A stretch of DNA of 64,000 nucleotides, taken from assembly GCA_947630125.1 (NCBI GenBank), contig CANRGO010000002.1:6829-70828 (forward strand), in the 5' to 3' direction. The notes under the pieces were generated by a model. The model had not been told where the DNA came from, did not search any database, and was given only the letters and a program-made list of their open reading frames with translations. The translations under genes were made by a program, and so were the position numbers. The DNA comes from an uncultured Lachnospiraceae bacterium. GTDB taxonomy: Bacteria; Bacillota; Clostridia; Lachnospirales; Lachnospiraceae. Every line of letters starts with the position of its first letter. Position 1 is the stretch's first letter. Shown here piece after piece: positions 18,347-28,687 of this stretch.

Positions 18347-20191
18347 GTGAGCAGATTAACAGTTGTTTCAGCCAGTAAGGCACAGAATGTAGTAGAGGGT
18401 CTTTATAAAGATTTAGAAAGAAGAATTATTGCCAGTCCACCAGGGCTATGTCCAGTTGATTTGACGGCGGCATTTTTAAAAATGTGTCATGCCCAAACTT
18501 GTGGAAAATGTGTTCCTTGCAGGATAGGATTAAAACAATTAGGCAACTTACTGGATGATATATTGGATAATCGTGGAACCTTAGAGACTTTAGAATTAAT
18601 AGAAAGCACAGCAAGAGTGGTTTATAATTCCTCGGATTGTGCTATTGGATATGAAGCTGCAAAATTAGTATTAAAAGGTCTTGAGGGGTTTCGAGAAGAT
18701 TACATATCCCATGTAGAAAATCATCGATGTACGTATAATCTTACCCAACCGGTTCCTTGTGTGGCCTTATGCCCAGCAGGGGTAGATATTCCAGGTTATA
18801 TTGCACTGATTAAAGATGGAAGATATAAGGATGCAATTCGGTTGATACGTAAAGATAATCCTTTTCCTGTTGCCTGTGCTCTTATTTGTGAACATCCTTG
18901 CGAAGCACGTTGTAGAAGAAATATGATTGATGATGCAATTAATATTCGCGGGATGAAGCGAGCTGCAGTTGATAATGCAGGAGAAGTTGAGATTCCATCC
19001 TGTGGCAAGGATACTGGTAAACATGTTGCGATTATAGGCGGAGGTCCATCTGGTCTTACAGCAGCATATTATTTAAGATTGATGGGGCATCAGGTAACCA
19101 TTTACGAGAAAAGAAAAGAACTTGGAGGAATGCTTCGTTATGGTATTCCAAATTATCGTCTTCCAAGAGAACGATTACAGCAGGATATTGATGCGATTTT
19201 GAAAACCGGTGTTAAGGTGTATCGAAATATTTCCATTGGATCTAGAGAAGGCCAGATTCCTTTGGAAGAAATTCGCAATACCTTTGATTCTGTTTATATT
19301 TCCATTGGAGCACATGTAGATAAAAAAGTGGGAATTGATGGAGAGGATGCTGCTGGTGTTATTTCAGCAGTTGAAATGTTACGAAATATAGGAAATTATG
19401 ATATGCCAGATTTCACAGGGAAGCGAGTATGTGTGATTGGTGGTGGTAATGTTGCTATGGATGTTTCCAGGTCTGCAATTCGCCTTGGGGCTAGTAAGGT
19501 TACGGTTGTCTATCGTAGGAGAATCGCAGATATGACAGCGCTCGAAGGAGAAATTCATGGTGCCGTTGCAGAGGGTGTTGATGTGCTAGAACTTCATGCG
19601 CCGGACTATATCGAAAAAGATGCCGCTAACCGAGTTTCTGCATTATGGGCAACTCCAAATATTATCAGCTTTATTGATAAGAGTGGTAGACCAAAAACTG
19701 CAGAATCAGAAAAAGAGAAACTTAGAATTCCTTGCGATATTGTAATCATTGCCATTGGACAAGGAATCGACAGTAAACATTTTGCGGAAAGTGGTATTCC
19801 TACTAATAAAGGCTCCATTCTTGCACAGGAGTGGGCTGAAGTTGAGAACATACCAGGAGTTTTTGCTGGAGGAGATTGTGTGACAGGTCCTGCAACGGTA
19901 ATTAAAGCAATTGCAGCAGGTAAAGTGGTAGCAGCAAATATTGATCAATACCTTGGATTTGAGCATATCATTACATCTGATGTTTCTATTCCAGCACCAG
20001 ATTTTTCAGACAGACTTCCTTGTGGTCGGGTTAATATGTCAGAACGAGATCCGATTGACAGGGTAAAAGATTTTGATTTGGTAGAATGTGAAATGTCTAT
20101 TCAGGAAGCAAACCAGGAAGCAAAGAGATGCTTGCGATGTGACCATTACGGTTATGGGATATTTAAGGGAGGGCGTGTAAACCAATGGTAA
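18347..20191 (+). CDS. NAD(P)H-dependent oxidoreductase: NuoF-type 4Fe-4S module fused to glutamate-synthase small-subunit (GltD)-like flavoprotein
   Basis: GTG start after AAAGGA. CGKCVPCRIG (NuoF N3-type); CVALCPAGVDIP / CEHPCEARC (GltD Fe-S motifs); VAIIGGGPSGLTAAYYL and VIGGGNVAMD dinucleotide folds. Confidence 0.8.
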   Translation: MSRLTVVSASKAQNVVEGLYKDLERRIIASPPGLCPVDLTAAFLKMCHAQTCGKCVPCRIGLKQLGNLLDDILDNRGTLETLELIESTARVVYNSSDCAIGYEAAKLVLKGLEGFREDYISHVENHRCTYNLTQPVPCVALCPAGVDIPGYIALIKDGRYKDAIRLIRKDNPFPVACALICEHPCEARCRRNMIDDAINIRGMKRAAVDNAGEVEIPSCGKDTGKHVAIIGGGPSGLTAAYYLRLMGHQVTIYEKRKELGGMLRYGIPNYRLPRERLQQDIDAILKTGVKVYRNISIGSREGQIPLEEIRNTFDSVYISIGAHVDKKVGIDGEDAAGVISAVEMLRNIGNYDMPDFTGKRVCVIGGGNVAMDVSRSAIRLGASKVTVVYRRRIADMTALEGEIHGAVAEGVDVLELHAPDYIEKDAANRVSALWATPNIISFIDKSGRPKTAESEKEKLRIPCDIVIIAIGQGIDSKHFAESGIPTNKGSILAQEWAEVENIPGVFAGGDCVTGPATVIKAIAAGKVVAANIDQYLGFEHIITSDVSIPAPDFSDRLPCGRVNMSERDPIDRVKDFDLVECEMSIQEANQEAKRCLRCDHYGYGIFKGGRVNQW

Positions 20192-21909
20192 ACTTGAAAA
20201 TAAACAATCTGCCGATTTCGGTTGATGATGGTACAACCATATTAGATGCTGCTAAGATTGCAGGTATTAAGATTCCAACTCTTTGTTATTTGAAAGAGCT
20301 CAATGAAATAGCTGCCTGCAGAGTTTGCGTGGTAGAAGTTGAAGGTGTTCACAGATTGGTTACTTCCTGTAACAATGTAGTTAGCGAGGGAATGGAAGTA
20401 CATACCAATACAGCTAAAGTTCGTGAGGCAAGAAAGACCAATGTGGAACTGATTTTGTCCCAACATCATACCAATTGCCCCTCTTGCGTAAGAAGTGGAA
20501 ATTGTCAATTGCAAACAGTTGCGAATAGTCTGGATTTGGTTACAGACCGCTATAAAAACGAGCCATTTTTTAAGGAATGGCCTTCCGAATTTCCATTGAT
20601 CAGAGATTCAAGTAAATGCATTAAATGCATGCGTTGTATACAGATTTGCGATGTAATTCAAGGGATGAATATTTGGGATGTTGCAAATACTGGTTCCAGA
20701 ACTACCGTTGATGTATCGGGAAATCGAAAAATAACAGAAACAAACTGCACACTATGCGGTCAGTGTATAACACATTGTCCAACGGGAGCTCTACAGGAAC
20801 GAGATGATGTATCTAAAATATTTGCTATGAATGGTATTTTAAATAATAAAGACCTCATCACCGTAGTTCAGGTAGCGCCTGCAGTGAGAGCTGCATGGGG
20901 AGAGGAATTTGGGCTTAGCCAGGAGTTTGCAAATGAAAAACGACTGGTTGCAGCATTAAAGAATATGGGGTTTGACTATGTGTTTGATACAAATTTTTCC
21001 GCCGATTTGACCATTATGGAAGAAGGGATGGAATTTATTCATAAAATGGAAGAAGGTAAGGAACAGGGATATCCACTGTTTACATCCTGTTGTCCAGCCT
21101 GGGTAAGTTTTATGAAATCAAGATATCCTGATATGGTGCCCTATTTATCAACCGCGAAATCTCCTCAGCAGATGTTTGGAGCAATTACAAAAACATATTT
21201 TGCAGAAAAGATAGGTGTGTCACCGGATAAAATAAGATGTATCTCTGTTATGCCATGTGTTGCAAAAAAGGCAGAAAGTGATCTTCCTTTTATCAATGCA
21301 GTAAAAGAAGGTAAGGATGTTGATGTTGTTTTAACCACTAGGGAAATCTGCCGTATGATTCAATTTGATCAGATTGATGTAACAAAACTACCAGAGATGG
21401 ATTTTGATTCGCCTCTCGGAACTGGTTCTGGTGCTGCAGTTATCTTTGGGGTAACAGGTGGTGTTATGGAAGCAGCACTTCGGACTTGTTATGCTGTTCT
21501 TATGGGAAAAAATCCTGACATGGATACCTTTCAGATTGTACGTGGACAAAAGGGATGGAAAGAAGCGGAATTTACCCTGGGAGATAAAACCCTAAAACTA
21601 GCAGTTGCAAGTGGACTCTCCAATGCCGCATCTTTGATGGAAGCCATACAACTGGGAAAAGCTAGTTATGATTTTGTGGAAGTTATGGCCTGCCCTGGAG
21701 GCTGCGCAGGCGGAGGCGGACAGCCAATCCATGATAATATGGAAATGGCTGGTGAAAGAAGCGAAAGTCTATATCTATATGATGAAAAAAATCCCCTTCG
21801 TTTTAGTCATGAAAATAAAGACGTTAAAATGTTGTATGATGAATTTTTAAAAGAGCCAAACTCTCATTTGGCTCATGAGTTATTACATACAAATCATAGA
21901 ATTGTCTGA
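20185..21909 (+). CDS. hydA: [FeFe] hydrogenase catalytic subunit (M3-type, 574 aa)
   Basis: N-terminal 2Fe-2S ferredoxin fold and 2x[4Fe-4S]. H-cluster motifs FTSCCPAW, MPCVAKKAE and EVMACPGGCAGGGGQP. 7-nt overlap with the upstream gene. Confidence 0.9.
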   Translation: MVNLKINNLPISVDDGTTILDAAKIAGIKIPTLCYLKELNEIAACRVCVVEVEGVHRLVTSCNNVVSEGMEVHTNTAKVREARKTNVELILSQHHTNCPSCVRSGNCQLQTVANSLDLVTDRYKNEPFFKEWPSEFPLIRDSSKCIKCMRCIQICDVIQGMNIWDVANTGSRTTVDVSGNRKITETNCTLCGQCITHCPTGALQERDDVSKIFAMNGILNNKDLITVVQVAPAVRAAWGEEFGLSQEFANEKRLVAALKNMGFDYVFDTNFSADLTIMEEGMEFIHKMEEGKEQGYPLFTSCCPAWVSFMKSRYPDMVPYLSTAKSPQQMFGAITKTYFAEKIGVSPDKIRCISVMPCVAKKAESDLPFINAVKEGKDVDVVLTTREICRMIQFDQIDVTKLPEMDFDSPLGTGSGAAVIFGVTGGVMEAALRTCYAVLMGKNPDMDTFQIVRGQKGWKEAEFTLGDKTLKLAVASGLSNAASLMEAIQLGKASYDFVEVMACPGGCAGGGGQPIHDNMEMAGERSESLYLYDEKNPLRFSHENKDVKMLYDEFLKEPNSHLAHELLHTNHRIV

Positions 21910-22040
21910 TTTTATTTGCATTCAAAAAAAACTGTGCTATAATCAAAACAATATGGAATTCTTTCGCTCACTAACGCGTTTTTGTGTGAAAGTGTTAGAA
22001 ACTATTTTATATGAAAAAGTAAATTCTGGGAGGAACAAAC

Positions 22041-23279
22041 ATGTATTCATTTGACGAAGTAAAAAATGTAGATCCAGAAGTAGCACAGGTTATTTTGGAT
22101 GAACAAAACAGACAAAACAGACATATTGAATTAATTGCATCAGAAAACTGGGTGAGTAAAGCTGTGATGGCAGCGATGGGAAGCCCATTAACCAATAAAT
22201 ACGCAGAAGGATATCCAGGGAAAAGATATTATGGAGGTTGCGAATGCGTAGATGTTGTTGAAAATCTTGCAATTGAACGTGCCAAAGAGTTGTTTGGTTG
22301 TGATTATGTTAATGTACAACCACATTCTGGAGCACAGGCGAATATGGCAGTTCAGTTTGCGATTTGCGATCCTGGAGATACTATCATGGGTATGAATCTG
22401 GCCCATGGTGGACATTTAACTCATGGAAGTCCAGTTAATATGTCTGGAAAATATTACAACATCGTTCCTTATGGTGTGAATGAAGAAGGCTTTATTGATT
22501 ATGAGGAACTGAGAAGAATCGCAATTGAAAGCAAACCCAAAATGATTATTGCAGGAGCATCTGCTTATGCAAGAAAAATTGATTTTAAGAAATTTAGAGA
22601 AGTGGCTGATGAAGTTGGTGCGGTGTTAATGGTAGATATGGCTCATATTGCTGGACTTGTTGCAGCAGGTGTTCATGAAAGTCCAATTCCTTATGCAGAT
22701 GTTGTAACCACCACGACACATAAAACATTGCGTGGACCAAGAGGTGGTATGATTTTATGTAATCAGGAAGCAGCAGATAAGTATAACTTCAATAAAGCTA
22801 TTTTTCCTGGGATTCAGGGGGGACCTCTGATGCACGTAATTGCAGCAAAGGCAGTTTGCTTTAAAGAAGCACTAACAGAGGAATTTAAGCAGTATCAGAG
22901 AAATGTAGCTGCAAATGCGCAGGCACTTTGTAAGTCTTTGATGGACAGAGAGATTAAAATTGTGTCTGGAGGCACTGATAATCACCTAATGCTAGTTGAT
23001 TTGACAAATTTTAACCTGACCGGAAAAGCAATCGAAAAACTTTTGGATCAGGCTCATATTACCGCAAATAAAAATACCATTCCGAATGATCCTCAAAGTC
23101 CTTTTGTAACCAGTGGAATTCGTCTGGGAACGCCTGCGGTTACTTCAAGAGGTATGAACGAAGAAGATATGGATGTGATTGCAGAAGCGATTGCACTTCT
23201 TATCAAAGGTGGAGAAGCAGAAGTAGATAATGCCAAGGCTTTGGTGAAGACTTTGACAGATAAATATCCATTAATTTAA
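22041..23279 (+). CDS. glyA: Serine hydroxymethyltransferase
   Basis: ELIASENW.., [18 protein letters not shown]-lysine motif. Confidence 0.95.
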   Translation: MYSFDEVKNVDPEVAQVILDEQNRQNRHIELIASENWVSKAVMAAMGSPLTNKYAEGYPGKRYYGGCECVDVVENLAIERAKELFGCDYVNVQPHSGAQANMAVQFAICDPGDTIMGMNLAHGGHLTHGSPVNMSGKYYNIVPYGVNEEGFIDYEELRRIAIESKPKMIIAGASAYARKIDFKKFREVADEVGAVLMVDMAHIAGLVAAGVHESPIPYADVVTTTTHKTLRGPRGGMILCNQEAADKYNFNKAIFPGIQGGPLMHVIAAKAVCFKEALTEEFKQYQRNVAANAQALCKSLMDREIKIVSGGTDNHLMLVDLTNFNLTGKAIEKLLDQAHITANKNTIPNDPQSPFVTSGIRLGTPAVTSRGMNEEDMDVIAEAIALLIKGGEAEVDNAKALVKTLTDKYPLI

Positions 23280-23286
23280 TCCAAAA

Positions 23287-23319
23287 ATGTAGTGCTCGAA
23301 GGAGTGCTACATTTTTTTT
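23287..23319 (+). terminator. Rho-independent terminator after glyA
   Basis: ATGTAGTGCTC-GAAG-GAGTGCTACAT stem (two G-U pairs) followed by T8. Confidence 0.75.
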
Positions 23320-23421
23320 GAAAAAAAAGCTTTTATATTCAGAATATATTGTATGAAGTTCATGTTTACTATATAATACAAGCATGTGCATTTTGATAAA
23401 CAATAAGGGAGAAACTAAAAA

Positions 23422-25422
23422 ATGAAAAAAACAAGTATCGCAAAAAAGGTAGCCTTAAACATAGGCGCGCTGGCTATTTTCATCTGTTTGTTGATTGGCG
23501 GAATTGCAGTAGTTATTAGTTATGTTTCCATGACCAGTGAGGCGGAAAAATCATTGGCCGAAATTACCAAGTTAGGATCTGAGAAAATCAGTATTGTTGT
23601 GGAAGATCGGCTTCTTGTTCTACAAGAGATTGCAAACAAACCAGAAGTTCAGAGTATGGTTTTTATGAAACAGAAGGCTTCTCTTGCAACAGATGTGGAA
23701 CGATTAGGATACTTGGATATGGCGGTAGTGTCGTTACAAGGTGAGGCAAGATATGTCGTAGAAGATAAAACAGCGGATTTGTCAGATCGTGAATATGTAA
23801 TCAAAGCATTGGAAGGGGATGCAAATATTTCTGATGTAATTATTAGTAAGGTTACTAATTCAGCAGTATTAATGTATGCTGTACCAATTACCCAGAATGG
23901 AAAAGTGGTCGGCGCATTGATCGCAAGAAGAGATGGAAATTCCTTGGCTGAAATCACAAACGAGATGGGATATGGAGAAGAAGGCTATGCTTATGTAATC
24001 AATAAAAGTGGTGTTGTAGTAGCGCATCCAAATTCTGAGCTTACCATGAATCAGTTTGCTCCAATTGAAGCAGCTAAGGAAGATCCACAATACTTATCCG
24101 TTGCAAAACTTTTTACCATTATGTTACAAAGTCCAAGTGGAGTGGAGGAATATGATTACGAAGGCAAAAGTTTATATAGCGCTTTCGAAGAAATTGAGGG
24201 TACACCTTGGATTTTGGTTAGTGCAGCCAATAAGGATGAGGTTTTAGAAGGTGTTTACAATCTTGTGGGCTCTCTATTGGTAAATGTATTAATCGTACTC
24301 ATTATTTCATTGGTATTATCTTTAGCAATTGGTTTTTCGATTGCAAAACCTATCATTAAGCTAACCGCGGTTGTAAATAAACGTTCTGCCCTTGATTTTA
24401 CAAAAGAAGAGGGGAATGAAAAAACACTAAAGAAGGTGGATGAAGTAGGTCTTATGAAACTTGCAATCAATCAGATGTCCGAAAATGTAAGAGACTTCAT
24501 TTTAAATGTAACAGATACGGCAGAACAAGTATCTGCAACCAGTGAAGAATTAACAGCAACAAGCGAACAATCTGCATCCGCTTCTGAAGAGGTTGCACTG
24601 TCTGTATCAAAAATTGCAGAAGGTGCAGTGGAACAAGCCGAAATAACTACAAAAAGTGCACAATCCTTGGAACAATTAAATCAAGAGTTAATGGGAAACA
24701 AAGATCGTACCCTTGGTTTATCAGAAGCTACTGCTAAGATTAATGAATCCATTGAAAAAGGGGTTTCTATTATTCAGGAACTTTCTAAGAAAAATAAAGA
24801 AAACAGCGAATCCATAGAAAATGTTAATAAAAGTGTATTAAAGACACATGAAAGTTCTGCTAAAATATCCGAAGTGACAGCATTGATTGCAAATGTTTCT
24901 AGTCAGACAAACCTTTTAGCGTTGAATGCATCCATAGAAGCAGCACGTGCAGGCGAAATGGGAAAAGGCTTTGCAGTTGTTGCAGAAGAAATTAGAAAAC
25001 TTGCAGAGCAGTCATCAAAAATGACCACAATGATTAATGAAATAGTACAAGGGTTGTTAGCGGATGCTGAAGGAACCGTGTTAGAAATGAAAGAAACCAA
25101 TGAAATTGTAAAAGCACAGGAGTACAGTGTAAATCAAACAAAACTTGCCTTTGAAGATATTTCTAAAGCAATAGAAAAAGCTGAAATTTTTGTGAAGTCT
25201 ATTTACGAATCCAGTAAAACTATGGAACAAAGTAAAGAAGGTGTCATGAAGAATTTAAGTACACTCTCAGCAGTAGCGGATGATAACGCTGCATCAGCGC
25301 AGGAAGTATCTGCAGCAAGTGAAGAGCAGTCAGCGTCAGCAGAAGAAATCTCAAGAGCTAGTGAAGATTTAGCACAGATGGCACTGAATCTACAAACTAT
25401 GATTGAGCGATTTAAAGTTTAA
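23422..25422 (+). CDS. Methyl-accepting chemotaxis protein (Cache-like sensor, HAMP, MA domain)
   Basis: Two TM helices flank a ~260-aa sensor domain. Highly conserved [34 protein letters not shown]. Confidence 0.9.
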   Translation: MKKTSIAKKVALNIGALAIFICLLIGGIAVVISYVSMTSEAEKSLAEITKLGSEKISIVVEDRLLVLQEIANKPEVQSMVFMKQKASLATDVERLGYLDMAVVSLQGEARYVVEDKTADLSDREYVIKALEGDANISDVIISKVTNSAVLMYAVPITQNGKVVGALIARRDGNSLAEITNEMGYGEEGYAYVINKSGVVVAHPNSELTMNQFAPIEAAKEDPQYLSVAKLFTIMLQSPSGVEEYDYEGKSLYSAFEEIEGTPWILVSAANKDEVLEGVYNLVGSLLVNVLIVLIISLVLSLAIGFSIAKPIIKLTAVVNKRSALDFTKEEGNEKTLKKVDEVGLMKLAINQMSENVRDFILNVTDTAEQVSATSEELTATSEQSASASEEVALSVSKIAEGAVEQAEITTKSAQSLEQLNQELMGNKDRTLGLSEATAKINESIEKGVSIIQELSKKNKENSESIENVNKSVLKTHESSAKISEVTALIANVSSQTNLLALNASIEAARAGEMGKGFAVVAEEIRKLAEQSSKMTTMINEIVQGLLADAEGTVLEMKETNEIVKAQEYSVNQTKLAFEDISKAIEKAEIFVKSIYESSKTMEQSKEGVMKNLSTLSAVADDNAASAQEVSAASEEQSASAEEISRASEDLAQMALNLQTMIERFKV

Positions 25423-25448
25423 GACATGAAAGAGTAAAAGAATTGGAT

Positions 25449-25486
25449 CAGCTTCTGGGGATATTTTCCGCAGGAGCTGTTTTTTT
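25449..25486 (+). terminator. Rho-independent terminator after MCP gene
   Basis: CAGCTTCTG / CAGGAGCTG stem (one mismatch) followed by T7. Confidence 0.65.
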
Positions 25487-25542
25487 GTGCATATTTTAAG
25501 ACATAATAAATAAGATGCAAGTTTTTTTGTGTGATTTAACAC

Positions 25543-25571
25543 TTTACATTGTTAAAGATTTCAAGTATAAT
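25543..25571 (+). promoter_or_regulatory. Sigma-A-type promoter candidate for the ACT-hom operon
   Basis: TTTACA-N17-TATAAT; leaves a ~140-nt leader before the ATG at 25719. Confidence 0.45.
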
Positions 25572-25718
25572 TTGGCTATTGTTGTCCGTCTATTGAAAAC
25601 AGTTGTTTCTCCTAAGTAGAAAAAAATGGAGAAATCGGTAAAATGACTTGCATGGAGCAGTGGTATATGATAACATATCCCTCAGTTACAAACAATTGTA
25701 TGCGGAAGGGGAACAGAC

Positions 25719-26162
25719 ATGAATCAGTCAACAGGTTACTATATTGTAAAGCAAAAAGCTTTACCAGAAGTGCTGTTAAAAGTAGTGGAAGCAAAAAGGC
25801 TTATTGATTCAGAAAAGGTAATGACAGTTCAGGAAGCAGCTGATCTTGTTGGCATAAGTAGAAGCTCGTTTTATAAATATAAAGATGATATTATTCCCTT
25901 TCATGATAACTCCCAGGGAACGACAATAACGCTAACATTTCAAATGGATGATGAGCCGGGGTTATTATCAAATGTTTTAAAAGTAATCGCTGATTTTCAG
26001 GCAAATATTCTGACGATACATCAGAGTATACCAATTAATGGAGTGGCATCGCTTAGCTTAAGCGTTCAGATTTTGCAAAATACCTTGGACATATCAGATA
26101 TGGTATCTGCCATAGAAGCTCATGATGGTGTCCATCATGTAAAGATACTTGCAAAAGAATAA
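25719..26162 (+). CDS. ACT domain-containing protein (PheB/UPF0735-like)
   Basis: 147 aa; N-terminal HTH-like segment plus an ACT fold (ITLTFQMDDEPGLLSNVLKVIADFQANILTIHQ). Confidence 0.7.
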   Translation: MNQSTGYYIVKQKALPEVLLKVVEAKRLIDSEKVMTVQEAADLVGISRSSFYKYKDDIIPFHDNSQGTTITLTFQMDDEPGLLSNVLKVIADFQANILTIHQSIPINGVASLSLSVQILQNTLDISDMVSAIEAHDGVHHVKILAKE

Positions 26163-26197
26163 AACACGATAATTATAAGAAAGGTATGGTTTAGAAT

Positions 26198-27415
26198 ATG
26201 ATACAGGTTGCAGTGCTTGGATATGGAGTTGTAGGTAGTGGTGTTGTTGAAGTAATTGAGAAAAATCAAGAAATGATAAACAAAAAGGCTGGATGTGAAA
26301 TACAAGTTAAATATGTGCTTGATTTAAGAGATTTTCCAGATAATCCAATACAAAGTAAAATAGTTCATGATATAAATACTATTCTAGATGACTCACAGGT
26401 ACAGGTTATCGTGGAAACTATGGGCGGTGTTGAGCCTGCTTATACGTTTACAAAAAAAGCGCTGGCACTTGGAAAAAGTGTTTGTACTTCCAATAAGGAA
26501 CTGGTAGCAAACCATGCACCTGAGTTATTGCAGCTTGCGAAAGAAAATAATTGCAATTATTTATTTGAAGCCAGCGTTGGTGGTGGTATTCCAATTATCA
26601 GACCAATTAATTATTCCTTAACTCCGGAAAAAATTGAAGGAATAACAGGAATTTTAAATGGAACGACAAATTATATATTAACAAAAATGCAAAAAGAAGG
26701 AGCTGCTTTTCAGGATGTTCTGAAAGAAGCTCAATTAAAAGGATATGCAGAAAAAAATCCTGAGGCAGATGTAGAAGGTTATGATGCCTGTAGAAAAATT
26801 GCCATTCTTTCATCGCTTATGTATGGGAAGAATGTAAAATATGAGGATATCTATACAGAAGGTATCACAAAATTAACGGCAGAGGATTTTACTTATGCGA
26901 AAAAACTAGGAACCTCAATTAAGCTACTTGCAATCAGCAAAGATATGGGAGATAAATATTTTGCAATGGTTGCTCCGTTTATGATTGGACAGGAACATCC
27001 GTTGTTTAGTGTGAACGATGTATTCAATGGTATTTTTGTAAAAGGAAATATGCTTGGAGATACCATGTATTATGGACGTGGTGCGGGAAAATTACCAACA
27101 GCCAGTGCTGTGGTTAGTGATGTGATTGATTGTGCCAGACATTTAGGGAAAAATATTCTTTGCTTCTGGGATTCTGAACGAGTGAAACTTACTTCTATCA
27201 ACCAAATATCAAGAAAATTTTTCGTGAGAATTAAGGGAACAGTGGAAGAAGTATTACCAAAAGTGGAAGAGGTATTTGGTAAAGTCTCAGTAGTTACCTG
27301 TGAGGAATTACCAGAGGAATTTGGATTTATTACAGAAGAAATAACAGAGTTGTCCTTTAATGAAAAAGCAGAAGCAATCAGTGGAATTCGTAGTAGAATC
27401 AGAATAGAAGAATAG
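26198..27415 (+). CDS. hom: Homoserine dehydrogenase
   Basis: VAVLGYGVVGSGV NAD fold, ..TSNKELVA.., ..GILNGTTNYILT.., C-terminal ACT-like region. Confidence 0.9.
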   Translation: MIQVAVLGYGVVGSGVVEVIEKNQEMINKKAGCEIQVKYVLDLRDFPDNPIQSKIVHDINTILDDSQVQVIVETMGGVEPAYTFTKKALALGKSVCTSNKELVANHAPELLQLAKENNCNYLFEASVGGGIPIIRPINYSLTPEKIEGITGILNGTTNYILTKMQKEGAAFQDVLKEAQLKGYAEKNPEADVEGYDACRKIAILSSLMYGKNVKYEDIYTEGITKLTAEDFTYAKKLGTSIKLLAISKDMGDKYFAMVAPFMIGQEHPLFSVNDVFNGIFVKGNMLGDTMYYGRGAGKLPTASAVVSDVIDCARHLGKNILCFWDSERVKLTSINQISRKFFVRIKGTVEEVLPKVEEVFGKVSVVTCEELPEEFGFITEEITELSFNEKAEAISGIRSRIRIEE

Positions 27416-27427
27416 AGGTTTTATTGT

Positions 27428-28630
27428 ATGAAGTATGTGATTGTATTAGGAGATGGAATGGCCGACTGGCCTATTGAAAAACTGGGGGGGAAAACCCCAA
27501 TAGAGTATGCGAACACACCTTGTCTGGATCACATCAGTAAAGAATCCGTAATAGGATTGGTTAATACCATACCAGAGGGTATGAAGCCAGGGAGTGATAC
27601 TGCAAATTTATCTGTAATGGGCTATGATCCTAAAAAGTATTATTCTGGCCGTTCACCACTGGAAGCTTTGAGCATTGGTGTTCCAATGAAAGATACGGAC
27701 ATTGCACTTCGCTGTAACATTGTTACCATTTCAGAAGAAGAGGATGTGTTTGAAGAAAAGACTATTATCGATCATAGTTCAGGGGAAATTAGCACAGAAG
27801 AATGTGCCATTTTACTTAATGCAGTCAAAAAAGAATTGGAAACAGAAGCATATAAATTTTATGTTGGAACCAGTTACAGACATTGCTTGATTTGGGATAA
27901 TGGCTCTATATTAGATTTGGTACAGCCTCATGATGTATTAACTCAGAAAATTGGACAACATTTACCAGAAGATGCTGTATTAAAAAATATGATGAAAAAA
28001 AGTTATGAGATTTTAAAAAATCATCCGATTAATGTAGAACGTAAAAATAGAGGTGAAAATCCTGCAAACTGTTGTTGGTTCTGGGGAGCTGGAACAAAAC
28101 CTTTACTAACCAACTTTCAAGAAAAAACTGGTAAAAAGGGATATATGATTTCTGCTGTGGACTTATTAAAGGGTATTGCAGTAGGAGCAGGAATGGAATA
28201 TGCTACTGTTGATGGTGCAAACGGAGGGCTACATACAAATTACGAAGGTAAGGTAGAGGCCGCTTTAGAGGCTTTGCTCACGAAGGACTATGATTTTACT
28301 TATGTACATATTGAAGCACCAGATGAAATGGGGCATCAAGGCAGTGCGGAAAAGAAAGTTACAGCAATTGAATACTTAGATCAAAGGGTGATAGAACCTT
28401 TATTTGAAAAATTAAAAGCAGCAAATGTAGATTTTCGCATGTTGATCCTTCCAGATCATCCAACACCCGTTGCAAAAAGAACTCATACTTCAGAACCAGT
28501 GCCATTTTTGCTGTATGATAGTACGAATCCTGTCCAGAGCCAGTACGATTATTCTGAAAACCATGCTAAGGAAAGTGGACTTGTAATTGAAAAAGGCCAT
28601 GAGCTGATTGATTTTTTATTTGAAAAATAG
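27428..28630 (+). CDS. Cofactor-independent phosphoglycerate mutase (ApgM) family protein; probable non-orthologous homoserine kinase
   Basis: MKYVIVLGDGMADWP...PGSDTANLS...HIEAPDEMGHQG...LPDHPTP metalloenzyme motifs. Located between hom and the aspartate kinase gene. Confidence 0.7.
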   Translation: MKYVIVLGDGMADWPIEKLGGKTPIEYANTPCLDHISKESVIGLVNTIPEGMKPGSDTANLSVMGYDPKKYYSGRSPLEALSIGVPMKDTDIALRCNIVTISEEEDVFEEKTIIDHSSGEISTEECAILLNAVKKELETEAYKFYVGTSYRHCLIWDNGSILDLVQPHDVLTQKIGQHLPEDAVLKNMMKKSYEILKNHPINVERKNRGENPANCCWFWGAGTKPLLTNFQEKTGKKGYMISAVDLLKGIAVGAGMEYATVDGANGGLHTNYEGKVEAALEALLTKDYDFTYVHIEAPDEMGHQGSAEKKVTAIEYLDQRVIEPLFEKLKAANVDFRMLILPDHPTPVAKRTHTSEPVPFLLYDSTNPVQSQYDYSENHAKESGLVIEKGHELIDFLFEK

Positions 28631-28687
28631 AGAAAAAAGGTATAAACTACAGGGTGAGCGGTGCTCGGGTAAGGAGATTATAGTGTC

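Noticed and set aside
21910-22040. Regulatory RNA (T-box or riboswitch) upstream of glyA
   Set aside because: Only a TGcTATAAT extended -10 (about 21936-21944) and a weak imperfect hairpin are visible, with no conserved riboswitch core.
25572-25718. Leader-peptide attenuator or T-box in the ~140-nt leader of the ACT-hom operon
   Set aside because: There is only a 6-codon ORF (MEKSVK) with no Thr/Ile/Met run, no T-box core sequence and no terminator/antiterminator pair that I could fold.
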